64,000 nt of DNA from Tubulanus polymorphus (Eukaryota; Animalia; Nemertea): the NCBI RefSeq assembly GCF_964204645.1, contig NW_027437464.1, forward strand, positions 17,001 through 81,000, written 5' to 3'. A model generated the notes under the pieces. It saw nothing but the letters and a program-made list of their open reading frames with translations, made no database searches and was not told where the DNA came from. Shown here piece by piece: positions 1 to 12,420 of this stretch. Every line of letters begins with the position of its first letter. Position 1 is the stretch's first letter. The position numbers were made by a program, and so were the translations under genes.

Positions 1-259
1 GAATCTTTCACACCAATTGTATCGAACTTGGTGGTCCATTTTCCTGTGAAAATTAAAAATATGAACATGCATAAGCAATTGAGTAGTGGTTGAAATTGAG
101 ACCAAAATTGATATTTTTTGGGTACGAAAAAAGGTCACAGGACGGCCATCTTGCGTCCGATTGACCAAAAATTTCTCTCATGCCGATGCACCCTTCGGGT
201 ATACAATCTGATAGATCAAGGTAATTGATCAGAGTCTTCAAAATTCCCTTGAAAACTTC

Positions 260-1527
260 AACTAGGGGTCCAGGGACACCATGCCCACTTGGGAAGTGGT
301 TCCAAATGCTCAACAATCTAACAATTTCAATATTCAACGCCCCCTGGCAACCATATACAAAAACCAATGACCTTGAAACTCACCACAATCATAGAACATG
401 TCAGCAGCTACGATTTTGTAATTGATTGTGATAACAAAATATGCCTCGTTACCAATTTGATATGGAAATACTAAGTTATTCTACTATTCAACGCCCCCTG
501 GAGACCATATTCAAAACCCAATGACATCAAAACTTACCACAATCATAGAACATGTCATGAACTACAACTTTGCAATTGATCATGGTAACAAAATATGCCT
601 AGGTACCAATATAATAAGGAAATACTTAGTTATTCTACTATTCAACGCGCCCTGGTGACCATATAGAAAAACTAATGTCCTTAAAACTCACAACAATCAT
701 AGATGATGTCATGAGCTACAACTTTCCAATTGATTGTGGTTACAAAATATACATAGGTACAAATATAATAAAGAAATGCTAAGATATTGTATTATTCAAC
801 GCCCCCTGGTGGCCATAACAAAATCTAATTACCTTGCAACACACCATAATCATAGAACATGTTATGAGCTACAACTTTCTAATTGAATGTGGTACCAAAA
901 TACGCTTAGGTATCAATATAATGTGGAAAAACTTTTTCCCATTTACGAATGAGTACTGGTGAGACCAAGATGGCCGCCAATTGCGTCATAATTGGCTGAT
1001 GAAAAATACCTGTCTCAGGTATAAAACATCCCTTTCCAAAGAATACCCATCACAAATTGCAATGAGAAATGGCAAACCAGTAGGAAGCTACAGGACTCAG
1101 AATTCGGGCAAAAATTAACATTTTTGGGCACTAAAAAGGTCATAGGACGGCCATCTCGAGTCCGACCGACCCAATTTTTGTTATGTTGATGGGCCCTGGG
1201 GGGATTCACATATATCCGAAAGATCAAGGTAATTGATCGAAGCGTCTTCAAAATTTCTCTCAAAAAGATCAAAAATGTGTAAAAAGTGCTGATTTTGGCG
1301 AACAACAATGGCTGCCAGTCGGCCATCTTGATTCTGACAGGGCCAGTTTTTGGGCTGAAGATGTGTCTAGGGTAGATACATGTGTATCCCAAATATCAAG
1401 ACGTTACCTTGAAGCGTCTTCAAAACTTCCCAAAATAACTGGATTCCGTCTACAGACGGACGGACAGACGACGGACGAAAAGTGAACGCAATAGCCCGCT
1501 GGGACTTAAGTCCCAAGTGGGCTAAAA
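260..1527 (-). mobile_element. Non-autonomous Helentron-type element (HINE/DINE-1-like) nested in an older HINE
   Basis: Minus-strand 5' end TTTTAGCCCACTTGGGAC-hairpin-GGGCTATT followed by a (GTCC/GTCT)n microsatellite. The 3' end is the subTIR CAAGTGGGC, a short hairpin, then CTAGTT. Inserted in a T-run without TSD; empty site at ~2701-2730. Confidence 0.85.
333..900. repeat. 154-bp tandem repeat (~3.7 units) inside the HINE
   Basis: TTCAACG(C)CCCCTGG recurs at 333, 487, 641 and 795. The same array is present in the other copies of this HINE family. Confidence 0.95.
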
Positions 1528-3488
1528 ATGAGTAAGAAAGTGCTGATTTCAGCAAACAGAAATGGCCACCAGTCAACCATGTTAATTCTGACCAAGCTCA
1601 GTTTTTGGGCAGAAGATGTATCTAGGGTAGATACATGTATATAAATACATTAAATCAATTACATTAATATATTTCTATAAATGATAATGGGCCTATTACA
1701 TTTTATAGATTGTACCTATCTATTGGGTCCATCAAACAGCTGGTTGCCTGTGTAATAACTAATACATTGCACATGATAGATTGTACCGACCTATTGGGTC
1801 CTTTGTCTTATAGTACATAATAATCCACATGATAGATTTTACCAGACCAATCTAACTGTGGGTTTTCTGTGTTAAAACAATACATTCTATAATAGATTTC
1901 CCTCAATTCGGGGATTCCTATGTGATGAATAATATACATTAATATACATTAATGTTTTGAACACATACGTCTAATTGGTTTTAATACGACCAGTGAAACC
2001 GTGCAGTTTTAATAAACCATTGTTTTTATATCCATTTTACGCTGTATTGAAGGATTGCCAAAAAGTTTTCATTTTCGCATGTTGAAATGAGAAAAAATAA
2101 GCCATTTTTGAAATTCTAACAATATGCGTCCTGAGTTTCCATGCCTACGAACCATTGATTTTTGATGATTTGATTATAATTTCAAATGGTAAGCACGGAA
2201 ACATATTGTTAAAATTGATTTACAGTCAACCCCCAATATAACAGTTTCACTGGTAGTATGAAGCTAAATTCAGGTAGGCCTACAATGTGTTCAAAAGTTT
2301 TAGAGAAATATCCCAAATAATCGACTTTCGGTCTAAAGTCCCTAGTGGGCTAAAAAGGTATGAAATAACTAAACTGATTTACCATCAGTTGCGGAAAGTT
2401 GACTCGTATCTGTCATAAGACTCTCTCTATATGATTCAACTGCGGATTGATTGGAATCTTTCACACCAATTGTATCGAACTCTGTGGTCCATCTTCCTGT
2501 GAAAATTAAAAATATGAACATGCATAAGCAATTGAGTAGTGGTTGAAATTGAGACAAAAATTGACATTTTTTGGGTACGAAAAAAGGTCACAGGACGGCC
2601 ATCTTGCGTCCGATTGACCCAAAATTTCTCTCATGCCGATGCACCCTTCGGGTATAGAATCTGATAGATCAAGGTAATTAATCAGAATCTTCAAAATTCC
2701 CTTGAAAACTTCAAAAATGAGTAAGAAAGTGCTGATTTCAGCGAACAAAAATGGCAACTAGTCAACCATGTTGATTCTGACCAAGCTCAGTTTTTGGGCA
2801 GAAGATGTATCTAGGGTAGATACATGTATATAAATACATTAAATCAATTACATTAATATATTTCTATAAATGATAATGGGCCTATTACATTTTATAGATT
2901 GTACCTATCTATTGGGTCCATCAAACAGCTGGTTTCCTGTGTAATAACTAATACATTCCACATGATAGATTGTACCGACCAATTGGGTCCTTTGTCTTAT
3001 AGTACATAATAATCCATATGATAGATTTTACCAGACCAATCTAACTGTGGGTTTCCTGTGTTATAATAATACATTCTGTCATAGATTTCCCTCAAACTGG
3101 GGGATTCCTATGTGATAAATATTTTATATTAAGCATGATAGACTTTAACAAACATAATGGGTCCTTCAAGGTGATTAGTTAGTACTTGGTGAAATACTGA
3201 ACAATCTGGAAATGTCAAGAATCACCATTACCATAGGGCATTTCATGCACTGGCACAACATGCAATTGTTTGTGGTAATAACGTCATATGTCTAGGTACT
3301 AATATACTGTAGTACCATATTCTTCGGCTAATTTACGCCACCGGTGAACATAAACAATGCCTAGAAACTCACCACAATCTTAGGGCAATTCATGTTAGAG
3401 CAAGTCATGAGGCCAAGTTATTTACTGCGAATGAGAGAAATTGAGATAAATGATCGAAGCGTTTTTTAATATTTCCCATGAAAACTTG

Positions 3489-4661
3489 AACTAGGGGTCC
3501 AGGGACACCATGCCCACTTGAGAAATGTTTCCGTATGCTCAACAATCTAACAATTTCAATATTCAACGCCCCCTGGTGACCATATACAAAAACCAATGGC
3601 CTTGAAACTCACCACAATCATGGTACATGTCAGGAGGAATGATTTCATGGATTGTGATGACAAAATATGCCTCGTTACCAATTTAATATGGAAATACTAG
3701 ATCATAGAACATGTCATGAACTAAAACTTTCTAATTGATCATGGTAACAAAATAAGCCTAGGTACCAATATAAGGAAATACTAAGTTATTCTACTATTCA
3801 ATGCCTCTTGGTGACCATATAGAATAACTAATGTCCTTAAAACTTGCCACAATCATAGACAATGTCATGAGCTACAACTTTGCAATTGATTGTGGTTACA
3901 AAATATGCATTGATACGAATATAATATGGAAAGATATTGTATTATTCAATGCACACTGGGCCATATACAAAACCAATGACCTTGAAACTCACCACAATCA
4001 TAGATCATGTTATGAGCTACAACTTTCTTATTGATTGTGGTAACAAAATACGCCTAGGTATCAATATAATGTGGAAAATTTTTTTCCCACCTAGGAATGA
4101 GTACTGATGACACCAAGATGGCCGCCAATTGCGTCATAATTGGCTGATCAAAAATACCTGTCTCAGGTATAAAACATCCCTTTCTTAAGAATACCCATCA
4201 CAAATTGCAATGAGAAATGGCAAACAAGTAGGAAGCTACAGGACTCGGAATTCAGGCCAAAATTGACATTTTTTGGCATTAAAAAAGGTCATAGGATGGC
4301 CATCTTGAGTTCGATCGACCCAATTTTTGTTATGCTGATGGGCCCTGGGGGGATGCACATACATCCGAAAGATCAAAAAGTTCCCTCAAAAAGTTAAAAA
4401 ATGTGTAAAAAGTGTTGATTTTGGCGAACATCAATGGCTGCCAGTCGGCCATCTTGATTCTGACAGGGCCAGTTTTGGGGCTGAAGATGTGTCTAGGGTA
4501 GATACATGTGTAACCTAAATATCAAGACATTACATTGAAGCGTCTTCAAAACTTCCCAAAATAACTGGATTCCGTCTACGGACGGACGTACGCTATGACG
4601 GACAATGGACGAAAAGTGAACGCAATAGCCCACTGGGACTAAAGTCCCAAGTGGGCTAAAA
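3489..4661 (-). mobile_element. HINE copy
   Basis: Same AACTAGGGGTCCAGGGACACC ... CCCAAGTGGGCTAAAA termini and GACG/GACA microsatellite. Confidence 0.85.
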
Positions 4662-5920
4662 AGGTTCAAACAATGTCTAAAAGTGCTGATTTCAAAATGT
4701 ATCAGAATAACTGGATTCTGTCAAGCTCGGGACAATGACACAAAGCGGATGCGATAACCCGCTTAAGTCCATTTCATGTGGCTAAAAAGGTATGAAATAA
4801 CTAAACTGATTTACCATCGGTTGTGGAAAGTCGACTCATATCTGTCATAAGACTCTCTCTATGTGATTCAACTGCAGATTGATTGGCATCTTTCACACCA
4901 ATTTGTATCGAACTCGGTGGTCCATCTTCCTGTAAAAATCAAAAATATGAACATGCATAAGCAATTGAGTAGTGGTTGAAATTGAGACCAAAATTGACAT
5001 TTTTTGGGTACGATAAAAGGTCACAGGACGGCCATCTTGCATCCGATTGACCCAAAATTACTCTCATGCCGATGCACCCTTCGGGTATACAATCTGATAG
5101 ATCAAGGTAATTGATCAGAATCTTCAAAATTCCCTTGAAAACTTCAAAAATGAGTAAGAAAGTGCTGATTTCAGCGAACAAAAAAGGCCACCAGTCAACC
5201 ATGTTGATTCTGACCAAGCTCAGTTTTTGGGCAGAAGATGTATCTAGGGTAGATGCATGTATATAAATACATTAAATCAATTAAATTAATATATTTCTAT
5301 GAATGATATAGGGCCCATTACATTTTATAGATTGAACCAATCTATTGGGTCCATGAAACAGCTGGTTTCCTGTGTAATAACTAATACATTCCACATGATA
5401 GATTGTACCGACCTATTGGGTCATTTGTCTTATAGTACATAATAATCCATATGATAGATTTTACCAGACCAATCTAACTGTGGGTTTCCTGTGTTATAAT
5501 AATACATTCTGTCATAGATTTCCCTCAAACTGGGGGATTCCTATGTGATAAATATTTTATATTCAGCATGATAGACTTTAACAAACATAATGGGTCCTTC
5601 AAGGTGATTAGTTAGTACTTGGTGAAATACTGAACAATCTGGAAATGTCAAGAATCACCATTACCATAGGGCATTTCATGCACTGGCACAACATGCAATT
5701 GTTTGTGGTAACAACGTCATATGTCTAGGTACTAATATACTGTAGTACCATATTCTTCGGCTAATTTACGCCACCGGTGAACATAAACAATGCCTAGAAA
5801 CTCACCACAATCTTAGGGCAATTCATGTTAGAGCAAGTCATGAGGCCAAGTTATTTACTGCGAATGAGAGAAATTGAGATAAATGATCGAAGCGTTTTCA
5901 ATATTTCCCATGAAAACTTG

Positions 5921-6650
5921 AACTAGGGGTCCAGGGACACCATGCCCACTTGAGAAATGTTTCCGTATGCTCAACAATCTAACAATTTCAATATTCAACG
6001 CCCCCTGGTGACCATATACAAAAACCAATGGCCTTGAAACTCACCACAATCATGGTACATGTCAGGAGGAATGATTTCATGGATTGTGATGACAAAATAT
6101 GCCTTGTTACCAATTTAATATGGAAATACTAGATCATAGAACATGTCATGAACTAAAACTTTCTAATTGATCATGGTAACAAAATAAGCCTAGGTACCAA
6201 TATAAGGAAATACTAAGTTATTCTACTATTCAATGCCTCTTGGTGACCATATAGAATAACTAATGTCCTTAAAACTTGCCACAATCATAGACAATGTCAT
6301 GAGCTACAACTTTGCAATTGATTGTGGTTACAAAATATGCATTGATACGAATATAATATGGAAAGATATTGTATTATTCAATGCACACTGGGCCATATAC
6401 AAAACCAATGACCTTGAAACTCACCACAATCATAGATCATGTTATGAGCTACAACTTTCTTATTGATTGTGGTAACAAAATACGCCTAGGTATCAATATA
6501 ATGTGGAAAATTTTTTTCCCACCTAGGAATGAGTACTGATGACACCAAGATGGCCGCCAATTGCGTCATAATTGGCTGATCAAAAATACCTGTCTCAGGT
6601 ATAAAACATCCCTTTCTTAAGAATACCCATCACAAATTGCAATGAGAAAT
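5921..6650 (-). mobile_element. HINE copy truncated by a ~671-bp deletion
   Basis: Duplicate of 3489 onward (offset 2432); junction GAGAAAT|CTTTCACACC at ~6650. Confidence 0.8.
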
Positions 6651-7484
6651 CTTTCACACCAATTTGTATCGAACTCGGTGGTCCATCTTCCTGTAAAAAT
6701 CAAAAATATGAACATGCATAAGCAATTGAGTAGTGGTTGAAATTGAGACCAAAATTGACATTTTTTGGGTACGATAAAAGGTCACAGGACGGCCATCTTG
6801 CATCCGATTGACCCAAAATTACTCTCATGCCGATGCACCCTTCGGGTATACAATCTGATAGATCAAGGTAATTGATCAGAATCTTCAAAATTCCCTTGAA
6901 AACTTCAAAAATGAGTAAGAAAGTGCTGATTTCAGCGAACAAAAAAGGCCACCAGTCAACCATGTTGATTCTGACCAAGCTCAGTTTTTGGGCAGAAGAT
7001 GTATCTAGGGTAGATGCATGTATATAAATACATTAAATCAATTAAATTAATATATTTCTATGAATGATATAGGGCCCATTACATTTTATAGATTGAACCA
7101 ATCTATTGGGTCCATGAAACAGCTGGTTTCCTGTGTAATAACTAATACATTCCACATGATAGATTGTACCGACCTATTGGGTCATTTGTCTTATAGTACA
7201 TAATAATCCATATGATAGATTTTACCATCAGACCAATCTAACTCTGGGTTTCCTGTGTTATAACAATACATTCTATCATAGATTTCCCTCAATTCGGGGA
7301 TTCCTATGTGATGAATAATATACATTAATAGGCCTATACATTAATGTTTTGAACACATACGCCTAATTGGTTTTAATACGACCAGTGAAACTGTGCAGTT
7401 TTAATAAACCATTGTTTTTATATCCATTTTACGCTGTATTGAAAGATTGCCAAAAAGTTTTCATTTTCGCATGTTGAAATGAGA

Positions 7485-8912
7485 AACTAGGGGTCCAGGG
7501 ACACCATGCCCACTTGGGAAATGGTTTCAAATGCTCAACAATCTAACAATTTCAATATTCAACGCCCCCTGGTGACCATTTACAAAAACCAACGACCTTG
7601 AAACTCACCAAAATCATAGAACATGTCAGCAGCTACGATTTTGTAATTGATTGTGATAACAAAATATGCCTCGTTACCAATTTAGTATGGAAATACTAAG
7701 TCATTCTACTATTCAACGCCCCCTGGTGACCATATTCAAAACCCAATGACCTCGAAACTCACCACAATCATAGAACATGTCATGAACTACAACTTTGCAA
7801 TTGATCATGGTAACAAAATATGCCTAGGAGCGAACTCTTTTATCAGATCGGAGAATCCGTTTGCCGCCAATCGTACTCTTTTATTGGTCACGTGACTTTT
7901 TGGAGTCTCCGAAACCTCCTTTCTGTCGAGGTGGTGTGATTCGGATTTTGTGTGGAGCCAACCGGAGATTTCGGACGGAGACTTCGGAGGTCATAAAAGA
8001 GTACGCCCTTGGTACCAATATAATAAGGAAATACTAAGTTATTCTACTATTCAACGCCCCCTGGTGACCATATAGAAAAACTAATGTCCTTAAAACTCAC
8101 AACAATCATAGATGATGTCATGAGCTACAACTTTCCAATTGATTGTGGTTACAAAATATGCATAGGTACGAATATAATAAAGAAATGCTAAGATATTGTA
8201 TTATTCAACGCCCCCTGGTGGCCATATACGAAATCCAATTACCTTGAAACTCACCACAATCATAGAACACGTTATGAGCTACAACTTTCTAATTGATTGT
8301 GGTAGCAAAATACGCTTAGGTATCAATATAATGTGGAAAAACTTTTTCCCACTTACGAATGAGTACTGGTGACACCAAGATGGCCGCCAATTGTGTCATA
8401 ATTGGCTGATGAAAAATACCTGTCTGAGGTATAAAACATCCCTTTCCAAAGAATACCCATCACAAATTGCATTGAGAAATGGTAAACCAGTAGGAAGCTA
8501 CAGGACTCAGAATTCGGGCAAAAATTAACATTTTTGGGCACTAAAAAGGTCATAGGACGGCCATCTTGAGTCCGACCGACCCAATTTTTGTTTCGTTGAT
8601 GGGCCCTGGGGGGATTCATATATATCCGAAAGATCAAGGTAATTGATCGAAGCGTCTTCAAAATTTCCCTCAAAAAGTTCAAAAATGTGTAAAAAGTGCT
8701 GATTTTGGCGAACAACAATGGCTGCCAGTCAGCCATCTTGATTCTGACAGGGTCAGTTTTTGGGCTGAAGATGTGTCTAGGGTAGATACACGTGTAACCT
8801 AAATATCAAGACGTTACCTTGAAGCGTCTTCAAAACTTACTGGATTCCATCTACGGACGGACGGACGAAAAGTGAACGCAATAGCCCGCTGGGACTCCCA
8901 AGTAGGCTAAAA
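7485..8912 (-). mobile_element. HINE copy containing a 181-bp MITE
   Basis: Both termini present. Inserted into GAGAAAAAATAAGCC; empty site at ~2089-2103. Paralog at ~37123-38557. Confidence 0.85.
7828..8008 (+). mobile_element. 181-bp MITE
   Basis: TIRs G(A/G)GCGAACTCTTTTAT ... ATAAAAGAGTACGCCC; interrupts GCCTAGGTACC of the 154-bp repeat. Confidence 0.85.
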
Positions 8913-10278
8913 ATAAGCCATTTTTGAAATTCTAACAATATGCGTCCTGAGTTTCCATGCCTACGAACCATTGATTTTTGATGATTTGATTATAATTTCA
9001 AATGGTAGGCACGGAAACATATTGTTAAAATTGATTTACAGTCAACCCACAATATACCAGTTTCACTGGTAGTACGATGATCAAATTCAGGTAGGCCTAC
9101 AGTATGTGTTCAAAAGTTTTAGAGAAATATCCCAAATAATCGACTTTCGGTCTAAAGTCCCTAGTGGGCTAAAAAGGTATGAAATAACTAAACTGATTTA
9201 CCATCGGTCTCGGAAAGTTGACTCGTATCTACCATAAGACTCTCTCTATGTGATTCAACTGCGGATTGATTGGAATCTTCCACACCAATTGTATCGAACT
9301 CGGTGGTCCATTTTCCTGCGAAAATTAAAAATATGAACATGCATAAGCAATTGAGTAGTGGTTGAAATTGAGACAAAAATTGATATTTTTTGGGTACGAA
9401 AAAAGGTCACAGGATGGCCATCTTGCATCCGATTGACCCAAAATGTCTCTCATGCTGATGGAACCTTCGAGTACACGATCTGATAGATCAAGGTAATTCG
9501 ATCAGTGTCTTCAAAATTCCCTTGAAAACTTCAAAAATGAGTAGGAAAGTGCTGATTTCAGCGAACAAAAATGGCCACCAGTCAACCATGTTGATTCTGA
9601 CCAAGCTCAGTTTTTGGGTACAAGATGTATCTAGGGTAGATACATGTATATAAATACATTAAATCAATTACATTAATATATTTCTATAAATGATAATGGG
9701 CCTATTACATTTTATAGATTGTACCTATCTATTGGGTCGATCAAACAGCTGGTTTCCTGTGTAATAACTAATACATTGCACATGATAGATTGTACCGACC
9801 TATTGGGTCCTTTGTCTTATAGTACATAATAATCCATATGATAGATTTTACCAGACCAATCTAACTGTGGGTTTGCTGTGTAATAACAATACATTCTATC
9901 ATAGATTTCCCTCAATTCGGGGATTCCTAGGTGATGAATTATATACATTCAGTATGATAGACTTTAACAAACATTGGGCCTAATGGGTCCTTTTAGGTGA
10001 TTAGTTAGTACTTGGTGGAAATGTCAATGTCAATCTGTCATGTTGACTCATCTGTCATGTCTCTCCATGTGGTTAACCTGTGGATTGATTGGAATCTTCT
10101 GCACGACTCGTACCGAACGCGGTGGTCCATCTTCCTATGAAAATAAAAAATATGAACATGCATAAGCAATTGAGTAGTAGGCCTAGTTGAAATTGAGGCC
10201 AAAATTGACATTTTTTTGGTACAAAATAGGAAACAGAACGGCCATCTTGCATCTGAAAACATTCGGTTGGTTTTCACG

Positions 10279-10349
10279 AGCTCGGTGATCTAGTGGGATG
10301 ACGCTGCGCTAGTAATTTACTTGCCCGGGTTTGAGTCTCGCTCTAGCCG
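10279..10349 (+). pseudogene. tRNA-derived sequence (tRNA-Pro-like D and T arms; degenerate Pol III A/B boxes)
   Basis: AGCTCGGTGATCTAGTGGGATGA ... CCCGGGTTTGAGTCTCGCTCTAGCC resembles tRNA-Pro. The anticodon stem does not pair. Copy at 39925-39995. Confidence 0.6.
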
Positions 10350-10819
10350 CTCTATTTTCTCTACACTTTCCTTGAATTTTCTAAGTTGCGCACCTCTGTG
10401 CGCATGTGCGGCGTAAATCAGCCAATCAGCGACAATGTACGTTAAATAGCGGAACTAAATGTCGCAGCCGAAACACTCCAATCCCTCTTAGGGGACCGGC
10501 GGCTGCTGTTCAGGGTCGTTCTGCTTTTGCCCGGAACTTGTTGCCAAGACGTCCCCTTCTACTTCCACTCTCTGTAACAGTAAAACGGTCAATGTCGGTC
10601 GATGTCGGTCCTCGCGTTGAGAACGGACAACAGTGCTTAATTCAGTGAACTCCCTACACAAACGTTATCGGTCGTTGTCGGCCCTCGTGTTGAGGACACT
10701 AGACTCGTCTTTCCCACGCGAACAATGTCGAGAGACGTCGGTTCCCGCGTTGAGAACCGAACGGCGGCATTCTCTTAAGCGAACGTGAACGGTAGACACG
10801 TCTCTATCGCACAAACGAT

Positions 10820-12420
10820 GTCAAGCGATGTCGGTTCTCTCGTTGAGGATCGAACAGCGGCGCCTCCTTAGCGAGCTTCTCGCACGATCGATCTCGGTCC
10901 TCCCGTTGAGGAACGAACAGCGGCGTCTCCCTAGCAAGCCTTTTGCACGATCATAGTCGATCCTCTCGTAGAGGATCGAACAGCGGCGACTCCTTAGCAA
11001 GCTTCTCCTACGATCAATTTGGAGACATCGGTCAACATCGGTCCTCTCGTTGAGGGTCGAACAGCAGCGCGCCATTAGCGAGCATCTCGCACGATCCATG
11101 TCGGTCCTCCCGTTGAGGATCGAACGGCGGCGTCTCCTTAACGAGATTCTCGCACGATCGATGTCGGTCCTCCCGTTGAGGATCGAACAGCGGCGACTCC
11201 TTAGCGAGCTTCTCGCACGATCAATTTGGAGCAACGTCGGTCCTCCTGTTGAGGAACGAACAGCAGCGCGCCCTAAGCGAGCTTCTCGCACGACCGATGT
11301 CGAGCGATGTCGGTCCTCTCGTTGAGGAACGAACAGCGGCGTCTCCTTAACAAGCTTCTCGTACGATCGATCTCGGTCCTCCCGTTGAGGATCGAACAGC
11401 GGCGTCTCCTTAACAAGCTTCTCGTACGATCGATCTCGGTCCTCCCGTTGAGGAACGAACAGCGGCGTCTCCCTAGCAAGCCTTTTGCACGATCAAAGTC
11501 GAGCGAAGTCAGTCCTCTCATTGAGGATCGAACAGCGGCGACTCCTTAGCGAGCTTCTCGCACGATCAATTTAGAGCAACATCGGTCCTCTCATTGAGGG
11601 TCGAACAGCAGCGCGCCATTGGCGAGCATCTCGCACGATCGCTGTCGGTCCTCCCGTTGAGGATCGAACAGCTGCGTCTCCTTAACGAGCTTCTCGCACG
11701 ATCGATGTCGGTCCTCCCGTTGAGGATCGAACAGCGGTGTCTCTTTAGCGAGCCTTTCGCACGATCGATGTCGGTCCTCCCGTTGAGGATCGAACAGCGG
11801 CGTCTCCTTAGCGAGCTTCTCGCACGATCAATTTGGAGCAACGTCGATCCTCCCGTTGAGGAACGAACAGCAGCGCGCCCTTAGCGAGCTTCGCGCACGA
11901 CCGATGTCGAGCGATGTCGGTCCTCTCGTTGAGGGTCGAACAGCAACGCCCCTTAGCGAGCTTCTCGCACGATCGATGTCGATCCTCTCGTTGAGGGTCG
12001 AACAGCAGCGCCCCCTTAGCGAGCTTCTCGCACGATTGATGTCGAGCGATGTCGGTCCTCTCGTTGAGGAACGAACAGTAGCGCGCCCTTAGCGAGCTTC
12101 TCGCACGACCGATGTCGGTCCTCTCGTTGAGGGTCGAACAGCAGCGCGCCCTTAGCGAGCTTCTCGCACGACCGATGCGAGTGATGTCGATCCTCTCGTT
12201 GAGGGTCGAACAGCAGCGCCCCTTAGCGAGCCTCTCGCACGATCGATGTCGATCCTCTCGTTGAGGGTCGAACAGCAGCGCCCCTTAGCGAGCTTCTCGC
12301 ACGATCGATGTCGATCCTCTCGTTGAGGGACAAACAGCAGCGCCCCCTTAGCGAGCTTCTCGCACGATCGATGTCGAGGGATGTCGGTCCTCTCGTTGAG
12401 GAACGAACAGTAGCGACTAT
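10820..12420. repeat. CpG-rich tandem array of ~60-63 and ~73-bp units, each with two hairpins
   Basis: Unit CGATCGATGTCGGTCCTCCCGTTGAGGATCGAACAGCGGCGTCTCCTTAGCGAGCTTCTCGCA; degenerate units extend back to ~10590. Confidence 0.95.

Larger units (their letters stand above)
2350..7230. repeat. Higher-order tandem repeat of nested HINE modules (periods 2432 and 1761 bp)
   Basis: Identical ORF translations at offsets 2432 (3831/6263) and 1761 (4939/6700). Confidence 0.85.

Noticed and set aside
53-10277. Recurrent short ORFs (e.g. MVRINMVDWW..., MSLKLATII...)
   Set aside because: They recur only because the HINE DNA is repeated; no domain motifs, and frames break between copies.
10279-10349. 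Functional tRNA gene
   Set aside because: Anticodon stem unpaired, T-loop altered (GTTTGAG) and acceptor stem mismatched.
10820-12420. CRISPR array
   Set aside because: Units are contiguous with no unique spacers, there are no cas genes, and the context is eukaryotic.
10820-12420. Hammerhead retrozyme array
   Set aside because: No CUGANGA...GAAA core on either strand of the unit.
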